A stretch of 64,000 nucleotides of DNA from Owenia fusiformis (taxonomy: Eukaryota), in the NCBI GenBank assembly GCA_903813345.2, contig CAIIXF020000001.1, positions 18,848,001-18,912,000 on the forward strand, given 5' to 3'. Position numbers and translations under genes: made by a program. The notes below the pieces were generated by a model. That model worked only from the letters and a program-made list of their open reading frames with translations. It had not been told where the DNA came from and searched no databases. This document shows positions 26,553-38,200 of this stretch, piece by piece. Position 1 is the first letter of the stretch. Every line of letters begins with the position of its first letter.

Positions 26553-27609
26553 TTCAATTTACAATCTAACTGAAAAACATGGACAACTTTAAATTTATTA
26601 TGAAAATATCAAAGATTTAAGGTATACACTCACACATATGAGTTGGATTTACACTAGCAAGCTAAGACGTCTTAGCTAAAACGTTTTAGCGTTAAAACGT
26701 TTTACAAATGTAATGTAAATCCAGATTTACTCAAGAGCTCTCGGCTAAGAGTGCTTAGCTAAAGCTAAAGCGTTTTAGGACCCTAGTCATAGCCAAGACG
26801 TCTTAGCGTTAAAAACAATTTACAAGCGAGTGAAAGCGTTTTTTTTTGTGTTGCGTCGAACGAAACATTTGAAACTTTCCATTTACATAATTCGCATGGT
26901 CCTTTATTTTGTCTTATCCCTTGTTCCCAATATCATCCCATAATTATTGAGACGAACTTATTTGCCTGGCGATTTATCATAATCCTAATTTATGCATAAA
27001 ATCTTCCTGCTCTCTTTCATGCTTTTAACAATGCTGTCTTTAAAACATATTTTTCTGACACCGATGTATTCTTTAGTACAAAGTCGAGTACAAAGTATCG
27101 AAGCGGGAAAGGAATAGCTATATTGACTGAACCGTCCTTCAACCAGTACTGAACTGCTTTTTTCATTTTACATGTATACCTACCTTGGTTGGGCCTGAAA
27201 AAAATGTTGAGCCAAAAAAGGCCTTGAGGCCCCAAAAAGTTATCCTCGTATGATGTTATTTGTTGTTATTTTTTCTGATTTGGATATTTATTTTTTCTTA
27301 TTTTCTTGCATACGAGGGTCATACACACTCACCGCATCTATATTGCGGGAAATGCTTTCCTGGCCTGTCTACCCAGAAAAAGACAGAAAATCAGATAAAA
27401 ATAAATAATGTGAATGGGCGATAATAAGTGAATACTTACTATTTTGAAAGTTTCTCAAAGAATGCTTTCGTTTCCTCGTCTGTTAAGGGTCTCATACTGA
27501 AGGCGCAGTAACTAAAATTCGATAAGACGTCTTTTGAATAGTAGTCGATCTATGTTACAGCAGTAAATTTGTTTTTAATGCAAGATATTTATTTATATTT
27601 TTGGAGCAC

Positions 27610-27665
27610 ATTTCCCGGAAGCGCTAATGCGCAGAATCAGTGACCTAGAAATGACGTCACTTTGA
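27610..27665 (+). promoter_or_regulatory. Putative promoter of the SVBP-like gene
   Basis: CpG-containing patch with ETS-like CCGGAAG (27615), TGCGCA and a full CRE TGACGTCA (27652-27659), ~360 bp upstream of the ATG. Confidence 0.45.
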
Positions 27666-28014
27666 CATTACCTGAGTAACGGCTATGTAAACAACATGGA
27701 GTTATCTGTATATTTCAGTATTTGTATACACTTTTGATTGAGTGATAATTGCACACGAATATTCTATATTTTGAAATATAAATGCATGCCTCTACACTAA
27801 ATACTCATTGTGACAACCGTCAAATCAAATCAAAAGTTATGTATAGCAAATGCTCCTAAGCTTGGATCTAAATTCTTGAATTGGATGTCTGTCAAATCAT
27901 TCATTGAGATTAATTGAGTGACAGGTCTACAGGAGGGGCTGAAGATGGAATGTGGGTGATTGGATTTACACAATTGAAATCCATGATATATAGACGCGTT
28001 GTTATACTATAACA

Positions 28015-30626
28015 ATGACAGTTCCCGATGTGATATCCCGAGTTGCTGTCATGAATATCGGACTGCCTAATTCAAGAACAGAACTACCAGAGTCATCTGG
28101 ATACAGAAGATTCCATAGTGCATCTAGTCATCATTCTGTTCTACTCCAAGAAGACCAAAGTGGGCTGCAACCCATTTCAATAAGCGTTCTTCCTTTGCAT
28201 AGACCTCTTAGTTATGATTCACTCCAATCTTCAAATCACCAAAGGGTACCACCTGAATCAAATATTCAAAAAGGTTCATTGACTGGAGCTGAAGAAGCTG
28301 ATATAATTCACCAAGCCCTAAATTTGAATAGGTTTAAAATTGTACCACCAGTAGAAATCAAGCCAAATGATGCAGTTATAAAACAGAATGCCTGGGAAGG
28401 GGATGATTATTTCCAAGCATCTGTTCAAGAAACAGGAACAAAAGATGAAGGTATTTATCAAAACAATATTTGAGAATCATATTAATAATTTATCATTTAT
28501 ATATATACTCATACTGCAAGAGTTTTGCAATATTCTGTGTTCATAATATATCCCAATAATCATGGGCTTTCAACAGATAAATAAATTAATTTAGTTTTAA
28601 CATATTATGTTTGTTTTTGAAATCTTGGCATTCATTTTTGGCTAGTGTTTATAATCATTAAGACATCAAGTTTAACTGATAGAAAATTCACTTTCAGATG
28701 ACTCATGGTCCATTTCTACAAAATCCAAAAAGAAGAAGAAAAAGAAAAGAACCAAGTCAGCTAAGTGCAAGAAAAATTCCAAAAAGTCTACAAATAAAGT
28801 TGATAAATCACACAAACACTCCTCAATTGATAATAACTCATGTAATGGAGGACTTACACTTGGTGTGGTTGCCGCTGCTGCTCCGGTAACAAAAAAGACC
28901 CCTCAAATATCTACTACTCAACAAATAAAAAAAGTAAACCACAAAGTTCAGTCGAACACTACTGAAGAACCTGAAAAGGGCAGTGAGAGATTATTAACAA
29001 ATGAGAGAATACTCAAACCCCAACACTCTCTATGTCTTCCCAAAATGTCAATGTATCCGAGTGCTTCCCCGAGACTTTCAAAATCTCAGAGCAATAGCGC
29101 ATATAATAGCTCAAATTCATCAATGCTTATAAGATCTCAGGATAACCATGCACATGAAAAGCTAAAGGTGATGAAGGTCTACTTATCAGATAAGCAGTCC
29201 AATACAATAAAATTGCTAGGGTTGGATTTACCTTGTGCTCCTCCAGCTACACCAATGCCAGGTGAGAAATAGAGGTTATACCTTGGGACATTGGAGGGAG
29301 GGGTTGTATATTGGGTTTATCCTTGGGACGATATCATGTCAGGATATATGTACATGCATAGGATCTAACAATATATATTGCAAAAAATTGGTTTAATTTG
29401 ACAACAGGCATTTAATTTGAGGAATTTGCCATTTCAAGATCATTGGGGTTATTTACTTTGGGGATAGATATATCAATTTACACTACATATATGAATATTT
29501 TAACTAATGAGTAGCATCCAGCATATGCCCTACAGTGCATCAATACAGTTGATTTAATTAGGATTAAGGTTGGCCAAGTTAAACTAATCATGATTATGTT
29601 GATAATTAGATGAATATCTGTCATGTAGCCTTGTATACAGGCATCAGCTAGACCTACCTTAATTTACATCTTTCCACAAAGTTAATTGATTTGCATGTTT
29701 CTGTTCTTGTAGATCAACTCTGTCGCTATGAATACATCCCCAGTATGACTGATGTCAGGGTAGGTTGTCCTTTTAAATAATGAAATCTTAATTAACAATA
29801 ACAGTTAAATCAGTAGAGTATCCAGATACCTACCATAAAGTTAAGGAATTCTACATCTATTACGTCACCTCCACAAGTAGTCTCCAACTTTTTTGTGGAT
29901 GGTGTTTAGTGGTTGGTGTTTAGGATTCAGTAGATGGTGTGCAGCATTCAGCAGTCAGTGTCTGTAACAAATGGAAGGTTGTGACATTTTGCATATTAAT
30001 GCCTTGTTGATATTAATGACAATCACCTGTAGTCTTTCTGTTCCCATTTGCAGTCACAAAGGGCCCTCAAAGTACGTCTGAACACTTTGGAGAAGATAGA
30101 GGGCCAGAGAAAGGCAAAGCAACGTGCAGAGCAAGTGAAACAGGAGCAACAGAATCGTAAAGATCAACAGATTGAACTGAAGAAGTTTCAGAGACTTCAG
30201 GTATGTTTATGATGATTTATGATTCCTCATCTATGGATGGCTTGTACTGATCAAGAGAACTCTATAAAGTTGTTTATCCTTAGAAATACCTAAATCATGA
30301 AGTGTGACCATGAATTTCAGTTTTGAACTTGCCAAGCTGCTTAATATATGATACTTTCAGAGAAGAGGAAGTCTGTGATGAATTTAATAAATCGAAAATA
30401 TTTTGGTGTAATATGATGAAATTAACAGATTTCCTTGAAGACTTTCTATACATAAACATGTATATTCGTATTTCATTTTATCTTGAATGAGAAAGTATTT
30501 GAGAATATTGTTTGCTTTTAGATTTACGCCCTGAATAAAGTTATGACAGAATTTGAAAACAAGAATTTTGAAGAGTTCTGCAAAGTCAAAGGACTGAATA
30601 CCTCATGCAAGAAATCAAAGAAATGA
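28015..30626 (+). CDS. SVBP: 432-aa low-complexity protein with C-terminal SVBP/CCDC23 motif (SVBP-like, orthology unproven)
   Basis: Exons 28015-28450, 28698-29261, 29713-29759, 30054-30200, 30522-30626 (1299 nt, one open frame, GT-AG). The C-terminus [30 protein letters not shown] matches human SVBP [30 protein letters not shown] (recalled from memory). Lys-rich tract SKKKKKKKRTKSAKCKK in exon 2. Confidence 0.8.
29858..30008 (-). mobile_element. Short (~130-170 bp) HINE-like dispersed repeat
   Basis: Reverse complement begins AACAAGGCATTAATATGCAAAATGTCAC, as at 41497 and 58695. Confidence 0.6.
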
Positions 30627-31291
30627 AATGCCCATGTTGGAAATGCATGATGTGAACCCCATGGCCTCATTGTGACAGAGCTACAGGGATTAACTACTCT
30701 ACCTAACTGACATATGGCTGATGTATTCAAGGACTGCTGTTAAAACTGATGGTACATGGGTACAATCATATAACAAATAATATCATTTAAAGGAAAGCTG
30801 ACCCCAAATATTATTTATGCTGCTGTATCTTTTATACACAATACTTACTACCAATTTTAATGAAATATTTGGGTCGGTGATAGATAAATCATTTAATATA
30901 GAAGATTGTCATATCGAGCTACTTTCATTCAAAATGGCCGTCACACAGCTTACTTTAGTATTGCAGGTATTGGAGAAAATGCAAGATACTGTATCATAAT
31001 GTGTAACGCGCAATAATGTGTAACTCTAAAATGTGTAACAATAATGTTTAACCCCAAAATGTGTAACAATGAGTGAAGTGGGTAGTCAGTTGGCTGTTAA
31101 TACAGTACCAAATGAGGAAATATTTGAGTTTACTACTCCAATTCTCTCATTAAGACACAGTCTTAAAGTACTTTCTTGAATCCTAAATGTACTGGATTTT
31201 CCAATAATTGGTTGTGATAAACAAACATAATAAGTGTGATACAACATGCAGTATAACTGCAAATGTAGATCTTGAGGAATAACCTTTTTAC

Positions 31292-31355
31292 TAGCCTTGC
31301 CCAAGTCGGTATTTTTTTAATCAAGATAAATAAGAGACCGGCTTGGGCAAGGCTA
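31292..31355. mobile_element. 64-bp AcademH-type mini-element with 9-bp TSD
   Basis: CCTTTTTAC|TAGCCTTGCCCAAGTCGGT...ACCGGCTTGGGCAAGGCTA|CCTTTTTAC (TSD 31283-31291 and 31356-31364). Confidence 0.85.
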
Positions 31356-34300
31356 CCTTTTTACAAATAACTAGATATTATCCAAAAATAACTGGAATAC
31401 CAGAACCAGAATATAGTTGAAATAGGTAAAGTTCCTAATGGATGTGATGTGATACATTTCCAAATTTAGAAATCAGTATGTGCTTCTTACTAGATGTTAT
31501 GTATTTTTATAATTTTACACTTTGTACATGGCCACATTTCAATGTTAGAATATTTTAAATCATTAATGGCTCAAGAATCCATATTTTATATGGCCAATAC
31601 CCATAGTGTTAAGATGGTAGTTGAATGTGAGTTTTCTAGATGTGATATCAGTTTAGCCTGAAAGCCATGTCAGATTATCATACTTTATTAGCTGAAGCTC
31701 AATTAAAATTTTTGACTCAGTCGGACAAGAGTAAGTCACCAAGCCATAAGTCCCCAAGCTGAACAACTTTTATAAAGAGCATTTTTTAAAAGGTATTCAG
31801 ATCAGTATGGGTTTGCTCTAGGAATAAAGTTAATAGTTTTATGACTTATTAATTATGATGTGAAAACTTCTTAATTATGATGTGAATATTTTTCAGATTT
31901 TTGCATGAAACAGCTGATAAACATTTTGTACTTGTTGTATTTTCAGATGAAGCATTAAGAGGTTTGATCCTTTTATAATGTATAGCTCTTGCTTTTACAA
32001 ATTGCATAATATTGTTATGTTTGTTGAACTCATTTTTTGTTTTATATGATGTATACTGTGCAATATTTAGAAATAAATACATTTTATAAATAAAAAAAAC
32101 GATTGTTATAATGTTACGATGAAATAATCGGAACGTAAGCCACCAGTAGAAGTTATTGTTTACAATATTTTTAACTCTTATGCCTTGGTGAATAAGTCCC
32201 ATTGGCAAGTCTCATTTTTCAATTATTATATGAGTTTGGACATTTTTCCATCTTCAATAACTTCACTTCGTGTCAAGGAGATCAGGTATCTCAAATCTTT
32301 GTTCAGAAATACTAGAAAATGGCAATATGGTGGTGACATAATAATACTTACAATCATCTATTAAAACAGAAAATCCAGGCATATAAAAGCCAAAAACTGG
32401 TGAAATATCTTTCCAATTCATTCCCGAATTATTCCAAATTTCATCTTTTATATTTGAATAAGTTGTACTTCAAAAAGATATCAAAATTATCAAATTGCCG
32501 TTTTCTTGACCAGAATACACTCACTGGGGGTCATGCTAAAAAAACAGGATAGTATACGAAATACATGTTTAAACTATAGCACCAAGCTTTCAAACAGTAG
32601 TATCCATTACTTTGGTTGAAAATAAAAAAATAGATTTTTAAGAAAAATACAACATCAGGCAGCCAATTTTGGACTTAAAGGACAACTGAAATAGGTTTTC
32701 TAAACTTGCAGCTACAAAAATGCGGTTTTCTTCATTGTAAGCCCAACGTAGAGTTCTTGCGTTAGCCATTAAAAAAAGAAATGTTTGATAACTGTTAATG
32801 GTCATTAATAACGTAATAAAATTAACTGACCAATCAGATTGGCCCCCACGTGATAAGTAACGTCATACATAATATATGGTTTTAATTTATTGGTTCCTTG
32901 GTAATCACGACGACACGGCAACCATATGATTGTTGTGGAAACAAATAACAAAACATCTTGGTATTATGATGTCATGATTTAATGGACCAAAATGGGGCAT
33001 GTGGGGACTAGTGAGAGATCACGTGGGGGCCAATAACGTCACAACCTATTCGGATATTGGTTATTAAGCAGCTATAACGATCGTTAGAGTGAAATAATTT
33101 TCACAATACTGATGAGAAAACATATGCAAATACATTTATCAAAAAATTATATTGATTCCTTTAGGTCAAAAATACCATTTCATATCTGCTTTAATGAGTT
33201 TCAAATGGTGTGGAGATGCCACTAACCCTAAACTGGCACTTAAAGACACATTTTGGAGGTTTGAATTTGAATTGAACCATTTGAATTTGAAGGATTTAAA
33301 TGTGGTACCAATGTGTAGACAGATGGACGATTTGAAGATAACAAACAATAGGCCAACAGCTCCTAATACATTGATAAAGTGAGCTTCAATCTAAAGTAGA
33401 GGTAAAACATGGTTGGATTTTCTTAAACATGTTCTTCAGGTTGGATTATCAAATCACAATCTTTTTACAACCTTTAATTTACTAAACAGGATTTGATTGA
33501 AATATAATTTTCATTTTGAGGATGACTGGAGAATGATTGGCGTTAACAGAATTCACCATTGTACATTGTAGGGCACTCAATGTCTTCTTTTCAGACAATT
33601 TAACTAAGAAATGACAAAAAAAGATGAGTGTATTTCACCCACTTTATTAATTTTAAGATTTCACATGTAACACTTTAACAAACATAGTCCAGGATACAAG
33701 CCAGAAAACCATTAGCACTTTAAGCTGAAGCTAAGTGCCTTATAAATTATAAACAGATCTTCGTTAGGTATCTAGCTTCTATGCAGGACTAAGAAAACAT
33801 AATCAACAAAAATATCAACTTTGGTATTATCATAAAAAAATTAACCTTGAAAACAATCAATTTTAAATTCAAATTGTGATATTCATTTATAATTACTTCA
33901 TCAATTGGCATTTCTATAAAAAAATAGGATAAAACCTTTTAAATTATTTAACAATTGTGACTCAGAGTATTTTGATGGAAATATTGTACTTGATATGGAA
34001 CATTACAGTATTAAGCTAGTTAAATCCACTTGAATGAATGTAAGTTGATATTTATCATAGAAATATTAATAAACTTCTGTGAAGTACACAATGAAACAAC
34101 ATTTAATATGATGATTTATATATGTTACCTTATATACAACTATTTCCCTATACAGTGTACATATATAAACTAAACAGGTATAGTTGACATTTCCCAAATT
34201 TGGAAAAGATCTGTATATTTGAGTTTATACCAGCCAAAACCATTTTCAAATAATCAAATAGGTTTTTGAGAATAAAATAAGTTGATAATAGCCAAGATAT

Positions 34301-35294
34301 TTTCAAACAGAGATAACATCAACTATTCCCAATTCACCTAATTTATATTCATGGTTAACACCAAAATATTAAAATATACAAGCTGTAAGCTATTCACCAG
34401 GTAAATACAATCTTAGAGTGGACCTAACAAGACAGTCCCCAGTGGATAGTCAGTAACACTGAACTTACTTGGCTTTTATGTAATGACATAAAGATTGTAT
34501 TTCCTGGTGACCAAATGATTGCACTATTATATACATAAATCCAAATCTTCATGGTTATGTGGTTTGAACTTCATCGACAAGATCCGATGATCATCTTTAC
34601 TTATTCATGATTTTTAATTTTATATTGCATCTTGTCATAACCATATATCATTCCATTATTAACATATCGGCTTCTGGCATATATACCCTTACTGCAATAG
34701 TTTGATCTTGGCATGATCACATAAACCAAATGGTCATCTAACTCTTAAAGAGGGGCTGTCTGTTTTTTGCAAGTTTTGAGCAAGAGCAAGTCTTTGTACT
34801 ATTTTAAAACATTTTTTCAATGCATAACAGCAAAGTGCTGATTTTGAAGTCTTTGAGAAGGTTAGTCAGTTTTAGTTTAACTAAGTCAAGCCTACAATTT
34901 TTATTAATTTGCATAAAAATGTTACAGACAGTGTCTCTTTATTTTTTGCCTTTGATTTTTCCTGTGTATAATTTAGCATCCATGAACCAGGCTCCTTATA
35001 TACATATAATCAATTTGACAACTTAGTTTATTTTGTTCCTTCATCACCCCAAATATTAACATACACTCCTAATCCACATTCACACCCAAAGATTTTTGAA
35101 TTTTAATTACGTATTATAAGAAATAAGACGATTTTGATGCTCAACGTCTTGAATATCATACTTCCTAATGGTTGTTAAATTTAATAAAAAAGTCAAATGT
35201 CAAATTTTAACTGAAGTTTTATCTCCAAGAAATGTTTGAAGAAAGTCTATTGTAGTGTAACAACTGTAGAAAGAAGAGAATGGTTCTGTTTTGT

Positions 35295-38200
35295 TTAGCT
35301 GTTAGTGTAAGCTGGGGGAGGGGGGTTGGCAGGCTGGTCCACAATGTCCTCATATTTTGGTGGCAGCAACATCTGAAAATAAATCCATTAAAACATTCAA
35401 TGAAGTTAAAAATACTTGAAAATCTCACTCCTCGTATATAAGCAGACTACATAATTTGAGTCTTACATTGAAATGTTACTATTCAATGGCACTGATTCAC
35501 AAAGCTATATTGTTTCTTTCAATTGTTTCCCTTACAAGTGTTTATATTGAAATTAAATGACTCCTTAAAATTGAGAAAATAGCACCTGCTTGTTTGCTAT
35601 TTCCATGCCCAATGAGAAGCAGGTGTAAATTGGTTCAAAAGGAAAGAAAATCTGCATGCTTTTTTAGTAATATGAACTAAAATATTTTCAATGGGTATTC
35701 CAACACTTAAACTTCATCCTTCCACTCATAAAATATTTTTGCATTTTTTACATATGTTTTAGGATATCAAGAGTTCCTACACTGTTTAACTGTTCAAAAA
35801 CCCTGACATTTTTGGCCTTTTTGACTTAATTTTAAAATTCCCTGACATTTCCAGATCTGGAAAAATAAAACATTTTCCTGACATTTCCAGATGTGAAGGA
35901 ACCCAGATATCTATACAAACTTACCTCGCCACCTTCTTCATTTCCATCAAAGTAGTGATTGACTGCCTCTGTGACTTGTTTCCTGGTGAGGAATTTATAG
36001 CAGGCCCAGACCATGCCGATCAGATAGGCCTTGATGAAGAGTGTGAAACAGAAGAAGACCGCAACAATCAGACACAGCCATTCATTGTCCATCTTCAGCA
36101 ACTCATCCTTGAATGGCAACTCCTAGAGAATAAATTATTATAATTAGCCTATAGTTTTCATTTCAAAAATGATCTAATAATATAATGTAGTTTTGACAGA
36201 GCTGTAGGAAAACGAATGATAATATACAAGTTACACAAAAGATTAGTTACCTAGTCCGGTAACAGTGTAGAATGGAGTTGTATGTAAAACATGAAGAGGT
36301 AGTGTTAGAAATCATTTACTGAAAATAAACTGTATTGCTGGATAATTAAAATTGGTTGCACTAGGTGTGCTCTATATTTCTGTTAATCTTTTAATATTTT
36401 ACACTCTATTCATGATTACCTGCATGCTAATGTACTGTTTCACATCTGGCATATATGTGAAGTAACCCACTACACTGAGCACAGTCAGACAGAATGCGAA
36501 CACTTGTACACAGAAGAATGGCATCAGATAACTGGGTCTTCCCTGAAATAAACAATGAAGTAATGAAAAGATAACAAGGAAATGTTGATTTACTAGTCTT
36601 GAACCAGGTGTTTGGTCTTCCCATTTTCCAACAATGAGCTGTGAGGAAGATGGGGTTGAATGAACACTAGATTGATTTAAAACTGGTGATTATGCATAAA
36701 AAAAATTAATTTCTACATAGAACCTTTAATCATGTCAACTATATTACATTTACACATATCAATATGCATATCAAGTTAAAAAAAACTTTCAAGGATATGA
36801 TTTTACCTTAGCAGCTCCATAGACTAACATTGCAGCAAACGCCAATGAGATGAATGTGATCAAGAAAGCAACAAACACATCCTCTGAAAAAATATATAAT
36901 GAGTACATTAAGGAGCACAATAGCAAAAAGTATGAATCTATGTCAATTTAGTAATATACAAGAAATTACAAAAAACAATTAGTATAGTAGGAACAAGGGG
37001 TTCCCATGCACCCATAAGGTGTGAATAAGTTACATACATTTTTGTAATCCCTAGGGTGTCTATTTAATGAATTCATTTGTTAACATTGCCAACTAATGTC
37101 CCATAGTACTTTTATGGCGGCATTCAGTTACCATGGTTACGCATCTTTAGACATCTTACCTTGGTATCTTAAATCATTTGTAGCTCTGTCATTATTTGGT
37201 CTATAGAAATGATATTGGTACCAAATTAAACCTCGTTAAATTTCCAATAAATTTCTGATATTCAATTATGCAAATTATCTAATTTGCATAAATTATGACG
37301 TCATCAATCTATTTTTGGTTCAGAATTTCCAACTATAGCAACGTATCTATTAGAACTGAGGCCGTATGGCAAAATTTCTGAAAGGTTTTGTCCTTTATTC
37401 TATTAGTAGAAGGTATAAGCAAAATAAAAGTGAAAACAGATTCAAAATTGAATCAGTATTACGAAAGTTATGTAACTTTTGAGGCAGCTATCGTGAATGT
37501 CATTATTTGACAATAATATACATACGTCTTACCTTGGAGTCTTGAATCAATGTAGCGTCGCCATTATTTTGTCTATAGAGATGATATTGGTATCTGATTA
37601 AACCTTATTAAATTTACTATATGGTTACAATATTAAGTTATGCAAATTAGCTAATTTGCATTAATTGTGACGTCATCAATCCATTTTTTGTTCAGAATAT
37701 TGTAGTATAGCAACATTCTATTAGAACTGAGGCCGTATGACAGAATGTGTGCATAGTTTTGTCCCTTATTTGATGAGTGGAAGATATAAGCAACATTAAA
37801 GAGACAACAAATCTTCAAAATTGGATCAGAATTAACAAAATTATCCAGCTTTGGAGGCAGCTACTGTGAACGTCATTGTTTGACAATTATAAAAAGAACA
37901 TTAAATTAACAAAAAAAGTAAGAACCATAGTTGTTTCAATCTTATTGAGTAAAAATGTGCATGTATTGAACTGAACTAATAAGTATGTGGAAAGGTTACA
38001 TGCATTTTGACTATCATTCACAGGGGTCAAAACGGTTATCTCGACCCTGTATATTAAAGATCCAATCTTATAATTTACCATGCACTTTCAATGATTCATA
38101 TAAATAGTATACATATAGTCTGATTTTCATCATATTCTTGATTCTTAAAGCATCTGAAGTATATAGCATGATTAGAAGTGAAGATGATTCATCATATGGT

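Noticed and set aside
26640-26830. Cluster of short palindromes (GCTAAGACGTCTTAGC, TAAAACGTTTTA)
   Set aside because: Looks like one end of a MITE, but I found no matching second terminus or TSD, so it was not called.
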